Below are positions 27,401 to 37,870 of a DNA stretch of 64,000 nucleotides, piece by piece. Made by a program: the position numbers and the translations under genes. The DNA is from Balanoglossus misakiensis (lineage: Eukaryota; Animalia; Hemichordata). The number at the start of each line of letters is the position of its first letter. Within the stretch, counting starts at the first letter, position 1. The notes beneath the pieces are model-generated. The model was not told the DNA's origin. It was given only the letters and a program-made list of their open reading frames with translations, and made no database searches. The stretch lies in NCBI GenBank assembly GCA_040954595.2, contig CM082598.2, forward strand, positions 3,231,154 to 3,295,153, in the 5' to 3' direction.

Positions 27401-29904
27401 CCCATGATTTTTGTGAAAAATGGCCAAATTTTGAAAATTAAAAAAGTCGGAAAATTGTGATTTTTTGATGAAAATCATGGGCTATAACCCATGATTTTTG
27501 TGAAAAATGGCCAAATTTTGAAAATTAAAAAAGTCGGAAAACTGTGATTTTTTGATGAAAATCATGGGCTATAACCCATGATTTTTGTGAAAAATGGCCA
27601 AATTTTGAAAATTAAAAAAGTCGGAAAATTGTGATTTTTTGATGAAAATCATGGGCTATAACCCATGATTTTTGTGAAAAATGGCCAAATTTTGAAAATT
27701 AAAAAAGTCGGAAAATTGTGATTTTTTGATGAAAATCATGGGCTATAACCCATGATTTTTGTGAAAAATGGCCAAATTTTGAAAATTAAAAAAGTCGGAA
27801 AATTGTGATTTTTTGATGATTTTCATGGGCTATAACCCATGATTTTTGTGAAAAATGGCCAAATTTTGAAAATTAAAAAAGTCGGAAAATTGTGATTTTT
27901 TGATGAAAATCATGGGCTCTAACCCATGATTTTTGTGAAAAATGGCCAAATTTTGAAAATTAAAAAAGTCGGAAAATTGTGATTTTTTGATGAAAATCAT
28001 GGGCTATAACCCATGATTTTTGTGAAAAATGGCCAAATTTTGAAAATTAAAAAAGTCGGAAAATTGTGATTTTTTGATGAAAATCATGGGCTATAACCCA
28101 TGATTTTTGTGAAAAATGGCCAAATTTTGAAAATTAAAAAAGTCGGAAAATTGTGATTTTTTGATGAAAATCATGGGCTATAACCCATGATTTTTGTGAA
28201 AAATGGCCAAATTTTGAAAATTAAAAAAGTCGGAAAATTGTGATTTTTTGATGAAAATCATGTGCTATAACCCATGATTTTTGTGAAAAATGGCCAAATT
28301 TTGAAAATTAAAAAAGTCGGAAAATTGTGATTTTTTGATGAAAATCATGGGCTATAACCCATGATTTTTGTGAAAAATGGCCAAATTTTGAAAATTAAAA
28401 AAGTCGGAAAATTGTGATTTTTTGATGATTTTCATGGGCTATAACCCATGATTTTTGTGAAAAATGGCCAAATTTTGAAAATTAAAAAAGTCGGAAAATT
28501 GTGATTTTTTGATGAAAATTATGGGCTATAACCCATGATTTTTGTGAAAAATGGCCAAATTTTGAAAATTAAAAAAGTCGGAAAATTGTGATTTTTTGAT
28601 GAAAATCATGGGCTCTAACCCATGATTTTTGTGAAAAATGGCCAAATTTTGAAAATTAAAAAAGTCGGAAAATTGTGATTTTTTGATGAAAATCATGGGC
28701 TATAACCCATGATATTTGTGAAAAATGGCCAAATTTTGAAAATTAAAAAAGTCGGAAAATTGTGATTTTTTGATGAAAATCATGGGCTATAACCCATGAT
28801 TTTTGTGAAAAATGGCCAAATTTTGAAAATTAAAAAAGTCGGAAAATTGTGATTTTTTGATGAAAATCATGGGCTATAACCCATGATTTTTGTGAAAAAT
28901 GGCCAAATTTTGAAAATTAAAAAAATCGGAAAATTGTGATTTTTTGATGAAAATCATGGGCTATAACCCATGATTTTTGTGAAAAATGGCCAAATTTTGA
29001 AAATTAAAAAGTCGGAAAATTGTGATTTTTTGATGAAAATCATGGGCTATAACCCATGATTTTTGTGAAAAATGGCCAAATTTTGAAAATTAAAAAAGTC
29101 GGAAAATTGTGATTTTTTGATGAAAATCATGGGTTATAACCCATGATTTTTGTGAAAAATGGCCAAATTTTGAAAATTAAAAAAGTCGGAAAATTGTGAT
29201 TTTTTGATGAAAATCATGGGCTATAACCCATGATTTTTGTGAAAAATGGCCAAATTTTGAAAATTAAAAAAGTCGGAAAATTGTGATTTTTTGATGAAAA
29301 TCATGGGCTCTAACCCATGATTTTTGTGAAAAATGGCCAAATTTTGAAAATTAAAAAAGTCGGAAAATTGTGATTTTTTGATGATTTTCATGGGCTATAA
29401 CCCATGATTTTTGTGAAAAATGGCCAAATTTTGAAAATTAAAAAAGTCGGAAAATTGTGATTTTTTGATGAAAATCATGGGCTCTAACCCATGATTTTTG
29501 TGAAAAATGGCCAAATTTTGAAAATTAAAAAAGTCGGAAAATTGTGATTTTTTGATGAAAATTATGGGCTATAACCCATGATTTTTGTGAAAAATGGCCA
29601 AATTTTGAAAATTAAAAAAGTCGGAAAATTGTGATTTTTTGATGAAAATCATGGGCTCTAACCCATGATTTTTGTGAAAAATGGCCAAATTTTGAAAATT
29701 AAAAAAGTCGGAAAATTGTGATTTTTTGATGAAAATCATGGGCTATAACCCATGATATTTGTGAAAAATGGCCAAATTTTGAAAATTAAAAAAGTCGGAA
29801 AATTGTGATTTTTTGATGAAAATCATGGGCTATAACCCATGATTTTTGTGAAAAATGGCCAAATTTTGAAAATTAAAAAAGTCGGAAAATTGTGATTTTT
29901 TGAT
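24441..29904 (+). repeat. 87-bp satellite, subfamily B, same orientation as A (~63 units)
   Basis: Unit tataacccatgatttttgtgaaaaatggccaaattttgaaaattaaaaaagtcggaaaattgtgattttttgatgaaaatcatgggc, the exact reverse complement of the preceding block's consensus. Confidence 0.97.
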
Positions 29905-29941
29905 TGGGTTATAGCTCAGGAAAATCGTCAAAAATCGAAGA
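29905..29941 (-). repeat. 37-bp remnant of subfamily A in reverse orientation, terminating the array
   Basis: tgggttatagctcaggaaaatcgtcaaaaatcgaaga is the reverse complement of the A consensus tcttcgatttttgacgattttcctgagctataaccca. Confidence 0.9.
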
Positions 29942-30454
29942 CTTTATAAAGAGACAAAGACACCAAGTTTTGTGTTGTTTGGTTTCTTGTTTATTTTATT
30001 CTGTATCACAACAATGACAAGTTGTCACAACTCGACTCATGCTTTGTACATGGGCGTATGAATACTATGATGAAAGTTTCTGGTATCGACCAAAAATTAC
30101 TTGTGTTATACATCCACATTAAGCTTTCTTCAATGAACAGAACAGAAGATATCAGAAGGAACTAAAATAACCAACCATTGTCAAAAGTGGCAACTTTATC
30201 CTAAAAATGATAACTGAATGTGACAAAACGTTTCCAGTGGCGTCATAGTAGTGTTAACTGTGTTTGTTTCAAATGTTTTATTTATTGCTTCTGATAGTGG
30301 CTTAGATAGTAGATACTGTATTATAATTTATAGTCTTGATCATTATACGATGATATGTTCATCTGTAGTTCTCCCACACAAAATTAATATTTCCTTAGAC
30401 TGACATATATTTTCAAATTGTCTAAAAATCAGAGAGACGCGTGTATGAGTATGT

Positions 30455-30494
30455 GCGTGTGTGTGTGGGTGGGTGGGTGGGGGTGTGTGTGTGT
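30455..30494. repeat. (GT)/(GGGT) simple repeat
   Basis: gtgtgtgtgtgggtgggtgggtgggggtgtgtgtgtgt. Confidence 0.85.
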
Positions 30495-30658
30495 ACATAT
30501 GTAACCCTTTCTGTTTTTATTTCAAGAATTTAACCTCACTCAGGAAATACAGCATTATCAACTCCTCGGGATAAAATAACTCTGAAGTAAAACACACAAT
30601 TTGACGGCATTTCTTTCTAGGGCATTGCAATGTACATCCCTCTTGATGAAGAATTTAC

Positions 30659-30756
30659 AGCTTGGTTTTCCATATTCACGAATATGACTGGGAACCCTCA
30701 ACTTTGCCCGCAGATTGTTCTCTTCCTGTTAATTTTCCAACTAGACAATGGAGGAC
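30659..30756 (+). repeat. 98-bp direct repeat, copy 2
   Basis: About 93% identical to 6996-7093. Confidence 0.9.
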
Positions 30757-31645
30757 GAAGACCGCGTATGATTTCCTTGCATTATTGTGTATTCCTGTAA
30801 GAAATTGAAAGATGGAAAGGATCGGTTAGATATTTCCATAGAAGTCAAAACCACAGGACAATGGCCTTATTTTGCCTCAAATGCGGTTACTGTCACTTAC
30901 CGAATTCGAACATCAATATAATACAGTCCAAATTGCAGAAATCCGCGCCAAAATCGTCTTTCTTGTCAATTCAACTGCTAACTAGTTTTTCAGTGTGTGG
31001 CATGATCATAAGGTGCATGGAAAAGTTTGAATTGGCCGCGATGATGCTCAGAACGGAAAGCTATAAAAAGTTCCCGCCATCGAACCACACCAAAACACGC
31101 GAACCACGCCCTAATCTGTCGATCGTATCTACTACATGCGACGCGTTTAAAATCAAGCTAAGCCAAATCGACGCGGTAATAATATTATCAAAATGAAACA
31201 TTCACACAAAAATGCTAAGTCGCGAAATTGTCATTTTCGGTAAATTTTCATTGGCTATTTATACATTTTGAACATATTTTGGTGAGATTATTTGGGTTGC
31301 ACACAATTCAGTAGGTAAATTTAATTTGATTACAGAGAACAAAAATACTGAAAAAAAGCCAAGGGTACAGTTAATGTCATTTTAAACAATCACAAACCTT
31401 CCTGTCACCGTGTCCGACAGTTGCAAATTATGAAACCCAGCGACCCCATGCCACGCCTTTTAATACCTTGTGGTACGAAGTATAATCTGAATGGTCAAAA
31501 CGATCGCATACAAAAGAGCAAATCGATTAATATTGGCAATGAAAGAGGATGATCTGTTTGACGTGTTTAGTAGATTTTAACTGAAAAGCCTAAAAATGGC
31601 ATAGTTTAATTAAACCTTCACAAAGGCAGAGTCAATTGTGGAATA

Positions 31646-31662
31646 CCCCCCCCCCCCCCCCC
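31646..31662. repeat. C17 homopolymer (G-run on the minus strand) ~290 bp upstream of the sulfatase ATG
   Basis: Seen directly in the sequence. Confidence 0.9.
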
Positions 31663-31950
31663 TAGCATATACTAGCAGATGGTGCCCGGATTACACTTCG
31701 TATAACATAGAAACTACCAGTATGGATTTTGCTAGGAGATAGGATAACAAAAAAATCATTGGTAAAATGCAACATAAAGATTTTGTTGGGATGAGCAAAA
31801 AGTAGGCGAGAGATAGTGCACGTCAGCTGCGGACGGACTCAATGGCTGGGCTGCCACGCGCGTCACCTTCATCCTGTCCACCACCTACCCGGCCATGGTG
31901 GAACTATCTTCAGCGACATGAAGGGAGGCCGGCCGTGGTGTCTTGTGACG

Positions 31951-34900
31951 ATGAGGCGGATTCGCTCTCTCTTCGTGTTGACGGTCACGCTGTCTTGTGT
32001 CCTGAGTCTTTCCTATGTCCTAGGGGGGTTGAGAGGGAAACGGGTGCGTCAGGTCAGCGATGAAAATGTTCCCGAACACGGGTGAGTGCGGATTGATAAT
32101 TCTGTCGACAAAACATTCACATTCCCCATTAAATTCCGAGATGCCATCAGTTACATTAGACACGTGACTATAAAGATAACAATGACTAAGGATTTCAAGC
32201 ATATAAAATATCTCCAATGATGCGAATGATCTCCTCTGTCCAGATGACGGCGGAGATAATTTGGATCCATTTGAATGAAAGATTCCTCCTGTTTTAATAA
32301 TTTCTACTACTACATTTAGACTATTTTCATACTAGATTCTACATGGCAGTGCAAGTGCAAACATTTCTCACTTGCATAAACAAAAGAAAATTTGTTTCGT
32401 GCATGTTTCGAAATATGACAAGTAAAGTGACATCATTCTAGGTGGCTTAAGAAGAAAATAACCAGAGTTTCACTTCAAAGAGTTACCGCCTATGCCTATG
32501 GCAGTCACATGTAATATGTGATCCGTCTCAATGTACTGAAACATGGCGAATTTGTAGGTGGCCAAGACGTCGCTCGATATCGTGAGATTTGGGAAGCTGT
32601 GGAAATTTGATCCTCAAATTGAATAACATGTAGTCTTTAACAGTCAGCAATTTTGTGTGTTCAAGTAGAATAAACAGAGTCACAAATTTAGCGTTTCTCA
32701 TTCATCTTGAAAGGGATGTCAACATGACGTGACGCTGTATCTATACAGTAAGAGGCAAGGCACGATGATGTACATGCCAAAGTATAGAATAAGTGCTCTG
32801 TAATCGAGTCAAACCTCTTACATGTATTTTAATATGATGGCAGAGATGAGTATAATGATTATTGGTTTCTGTCCCCGGTACAATGCTCCAATCCCCCACA
32901 GCTGGCAATTTATGTTTACCTTTCCTCGATTCTGATATTCTCAACGAAAACTCTCTCTTTGGAACAAAAACATTTATCCACATGTAGGCCGCGCCAGCTG
33001 GCGATAGTTTGAGATTATCGGCTCGCGCATTCAAATAACCATATAAAGAGCGGTGATCTCAATTTAAAGGCTGATGGAAACGACGAGGAAAATCCTATTT
33101 TGTTTGGAATAGACAAAAACTATTTTACAATATAAAAATGTATTTAATAGGCAGTTTTTAATCTTTGGTTCTCGTAAAACCTCTTGTTGACGTCGAATGT
33201 TTATGTGCTTGAAAGCCTTAGTTTTCCATTGAAAACATTTATCAATTTAAAGTATTTGATAAATTTGATCGACGAGGCGTGTCTTTAAATATAGAAAAGA
33301 AATAAAAATTATAAATAACTGAATACAAAAAGAGATATATAAGTTAAAGCTTGGTTGGTTGGTTAGATATTAAAATAACATTTGGTCTTTCATCCCAGTA
33401 TTAGAATGCTTAATAATTTAATGTAACGGTACTGAATGAATTTTTCCTTGTTATATATATTTATGCACTTTAATATTGTGCCTCCCCCTTGGTCTCTCCT
33501 GTCCATATTTTATTAAGGGTTATTTATGCAAAGAAGTAGAACACCAGATGCAATTATTTCTCAGCGATTAAATCGGCATACATATGTCACAGACGCCCAG
33601 AGCAATTACTTTCAATGATTTCATGTGGACAGCGCACGCATCGAATTCACTCAGACAAATTCTTAATAGTTTCACACCATCTATACTCAACCATCTAACT
33701 TATTTCAGAATCACAGAAGAACAGAGCGACAGACCCCCTAACATTGTATTTATCTTAGCGGATGATTTAGGGTGGAAAGATGTAGGTTATCATGACAGTA
33801 TTATTAAAACTCCTCACATAGACAGACTAGCAGCAAAGGGAGTCAAACTGGAAAACTACTACGGGTCATCTTGGTGTGCACCCTCTCGAGTCAGTTTGAT
33901 GACGGGCAGGTACACGGTAAGTGTTTCTATCCTTGCAGCCAAATACATGAAATATAGACTCAACATCATTACTGGTAGACTGTTGACAATAAACGTGAAT
34001 GATCAAATGCGAAAAACAAGCAAGCAAGCGAATACAGAGCACGCGACCTAAGTCACTTTATGGCTATACTATAGAAGTCACACAAACTGGAACACAACAT
34101 TTCTGCTTTTCTATCTTTCCTTGAATAGATTCACACAGGGCTCTCTGGTGATGTTTGCGACTTCATGGGGATAGGTGAAACCACACTTGCCGAGAAACTG
34201 CAAGAAGCGGGCTATTACACATCTATAGTTGGAAAATGGCACCTCAGTGGATTCGACAAACTTCAGTGTAACCCGCCACACCGAGGCTTTGATTCCTTCT
34301 TTGGTAAGCACAGACCCAAAAAGTACATAATTTAAATTTATCTAGCGTGCGATGACGTAATAGAAGTTTAGAGCATTAAAGTATACGGTCACCTATGCAA
34401 ATTTAGCTACAGTTACCATGGTGAACTTGAGATCTGGCCAATCACGGATTTTCAGTGGGTGGCACATGCGATAAAAAGAGCGCCACCATGTGTTCTTTAG
34501 AGCCCTCAAATACGCCATTTCAGCCATATATGGGCGTATGTAAATTGGAGGTGACTGTATACCTTAAAGAGACAATGCCACTCTTTTTTACCTTTCTGTG
34601 ATATCAAGCATACATGAAATACTTGCGTAAAGTATCTCTGTGTACGAAATCATGATGATTTATAACTTCAAAAAGTGTCAAAAACTTACCGTTTTGCTGC
34701 ATGGAAAGTTCCCAGCTCACTTGGCAAAGTGTTGTTTCCCTTCGCAGGCTATCTTGGAGGAAGCCACCACTACTACACACATCGCCGTGGTGGACCGCAC
34801 TCCAACTATGATTTCTGGGCGAATGATACAGAAATTGGACCAGATTATGATGGGCAGTATTCCACATACCTGTTTACAACAGAAGCACAAAGAATTATCA

Positions 34901-37870
34901 ATCAACACGCCGACAGGACCGACAAAAAGGTATGTATTTATGAATATGTATAGTGAATTTCAATTGAACTCGCAAACGCAAACCTGTGTTTAGACCCGAA
35001 TATTACTTCTATATCTCGCAGTATTAACCTCTGCTACTCGTCTACAAATAACATTAATTTTCTTGTTCAGCCCTTGTTTTTATACATGTCATTTCAAGCT
35101 GTACATACGCCATTGCTAGTCCCAAAAGAGTATGAAAAGATGTACGAACATGAAATTGAAGATGATGACAGGCGTGTATACGCTGCCATGACAACGTGTA
35201 TGGATGAAGCCATTGGTAACATTACAGAAACTTTAAAAAATAGCGGTCTGTGGGAAAACACAGTTCTGATATTTTCATCCGGTTAGTGTTATTTTCACTC
35301 AATGTTCGATCCAAGATATGTTTAATAGAATTGCAATTATTCAGAAAGATGCGAGTGCTCTTGAAGTAATTTTAACTTGTATACATGTGATAATTTTGAT
35401 GTATCCGAGACAAAATTTGGTGTGATGTACTCCAATATACAAAAACAGTAACAGCTGTCTTCTTTATGAAATTATATTTAAGAGGTGTTAACGTTTATCT
35501 CACTTGATGTTGTATGTTTTGAAATTAAGGTGGTTCAAACTATTAGACAAATTTTGAGACATACACAATTTTTTGGGGGACAATGTTTAGTAAAATAAAA
35601 TTAGGTTGATTTCTGATAATCAGCAGCCAGAAAAATTAAACTTCCTGCCTACATAATGTCGCCGCCAAATGAAATATTTGTTTTTTCTTTCGTAAAGATA
35701 ATGGTGCTACGCCCTCAGGTGGTGGAAGTAATTGGCCTCTAAGAGGCCACAAAGGTGTGTGGTATGAGGGAGGTATCAGATTGGTGAGTTTTGTCACCAG
35801 TGATTTGCTGCCGAAACAAGTGGAAGGTAGTGTCAGCAACGAGTTGTTCCATATGACGGATTGGTTCAAAACTGTGCTGCATTTAGCCAGGGGTAATTTG
35901 ACTGGAACAAGGCCCCTGGATGGTTACAACCAGTGGGAGACTATCAGGTCAGCAAACAATTCACCAACGGCAACACCAATGTTAAAGGGACAAAGTCTCT
36001 CTCTAACTGCCACATTTCCATTAATTATGTTTGATACAAGACACCATTTATGATTCTACACGTATAGTGAATCAACGTATGATCACACAGAACTTCCATC
36101 CCATTGTATGATATGAGAGTAAAAACTCGCCCAAAATGAATAAATGGTAAACACCGATTATTCATTTTGGCAGTTTTTCACTCTCGTGTCTACAAGTGGG
36201 GTGGAAGGTGTGTGTGGTCGAACGTTGAGCCACTGTATATCCACATGTACATTACTACTAACGGTGTCTTGTATCAAACATAATTAATGGAAAAAGGGCA
36301 GCGAGAGAGAGACTTTGTCCCTTAAAATCATCAGATTAGGAAATAAAGCGTATTAAAAACTACAAACTTTGAACTTTTAAACTCCGTTGCATGGTTACCA
36401 ACGTAACCGGAATTCACAAGCGCCGTATATATATACATATACTATACATCAAGTAGGCTTTAATTTTTCTGATGTATAAATTTCTGAATTGGCGACAAGG
36501 GTTTAAATCTTATTTTTCAGCAAAGGCAAGAAGACAGAAAGAAAGGAAATTCTTCACGAGTTAATTCCTGGTGAGGTTGCTGGCACTGAGGGCGCTATTG
36601 AGGGATACTTCGAGAAAATGCCATTTGCTGCATTGAGAGTCGGGAAATGGAAACTTCTTACCGGAAATAGCGGTTAGTGTGACTGGGAATTTTATGCAGA
36701 CTCACTTGAGCGATTAGCCTGGTCACCATACCCAGTGTGTTTTAGATAGACCATATGGAGGTACCAGTACACGTACCTCCATATGGATAGACTCTATTGA
36801 GCGATCATCATACATTATTTTAAATAAAACAATTTAAAACAATATTGTCGAATAGAAGAGCATTTGAATGTTGTTGAGCGCAGTGAGAACTACACTGTCC
36901 GCTTACCTGATCACTGCGTCTGACATAGCTACGAAGGACGCGTCACGAAGATGTAAACACAGGCCATCCGCCATTTTGTAATTTTCTGGCATACTCTTAT
37001 CGCGCATGTCATGTCATTTGCATCAGTAGTTGTATTGATTTCAGCTTTATTCCATCATAAACTGCCATTTTTTAAATTTATATTTGGGAAAGGGTAAAAA
37101 TGATTGTTTACAAACGCAACAGAATGAGTCTTGCCCGCAAGTAACATTGACCATTGAGAGCGCTCATTTGTTAGCCAATCAGATTCTACACTTCTAAATA
37201 AGATGGCTTCCCATTACCTGCCTCTTTTAGTCTCGGTTACCCAGACAAATGCTGTTTCCGTTGCCCTCAAGAAAAGGGGTCAGGGGAAATACCATAGAAA
37301 AATCTCTGGGCAAAGATGGCCGAATTGAGGCAAAAGCGATGCATTATAGTCAACATTTATGACATTTGATATTATATGATGATATTCTATTAAAAAACTA
37401 TATACCAAACTTTTTCTCTCTCTCTCTCTCTTCAATTTGTAGACAGTTTTAACAGGTCCAGAACTTCTCAGCATGTTTTCTTTATGTTTAAGGCTGCAAC
37501 CATTAAATTTTACTGCATTTTACTGTTTATACAATAACTTGCTTGCACACAAAGGAAATGTGCTGTAGGAATTTATTCACATAGTACAGATTACACAGTG
37601 ATTATGGTGTTACATGAAAGTAAATCGAAATTACAGCACATATTTCCGTTTGCAGATAGAGAAGGATCTTGGACCAAACCGCCAGAGATGGGATTTCACA
37701 TCGAAGGTCCCGGAAGTCATGGCAGTGTTGAATTATTTAATATTGAAGACGACCCAGAAGAAAGAACAAACCTTGTCAAGACCAATAAATCGAAGTTTAG
37801 GGAACTTTTAAAAATTCTTCAAAAGTACATGAAAACGATCAATACAGAAGTTAATCTGGTACAGCAGTAA
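31951..37870 (+). CDS. ARSB: Arylsulfatase B-like sulfatase (ARSB/ARSI/ARSJ clade), 8 exons, ~507 aa
   Basis: Exons 31951-32081, 33709-33916, 34129-34303, 34748-34929, 35071-35281, 35698-35947, 36521-36672, 37656-37870; all GT-AG and phase-consistent (1524 nt). Hydrophobic N-terminus; motifs [19 protein letters not shown] (formylglycine CxPxR), [43 protein letters not shown]. The symbol marks the family; one-to-one orthology is not established. An in-frame upstream ATG lies at 31918. Confidence 0.93.
34376..34567. mobile_element. ~190-bp MITE with TTAA target duplication (Kolobok-like) in sulfatase intron 3
   Basis: ttaa-agtatacggtcacct … aggtgactgtatacc-ttaa: 15-bp inverted termini (2 mismatches) flanked by TTAA. 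Confidence 0.75.
35982..36325. mobile_element. ~340-bp foldback MITE with TTAA-AGGG ends (Kolobok/T2-MITE-like) in sulfatase intron 6
   Basis: ttaaagggacaaagtctctctct … agagagagactttgtcccttaa; inverted similarity runs almost to the centre (ccaaaatgaataa…ttattcattttgg). Partial copies at 2560-2727 and 5268-5361. Confidence 0.85.
36751..36786. other. Perfect 14-bp stem / 8-nt loop inverted repeat in sulfatase intron 7
   Basis: ccatatggaggtac-cagtacac-gtacctccatatgg. Confidence 0.85.

Noticed and set aside
10961-29904. Telomeric repeat (GGGTTA / TAACCC hexamers)
   Set aside because: Only one hexamer per 87-bp unit and no tandem TTAGGG tract.
7094-29941. CRISPR array (palindromic 28-bp repeat at regular spacing)
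   Set aside because: The intervening sequences are near-identical rather than unique spacers, there are no cas genes, and the context is eukaryotic.
7085-29950. Target-site duplication flanking the array as a single transposon
   Set aside because: The flanks (…ggaggac| and |ctttataaag…) show no convincing duplication, and no transposase is present.
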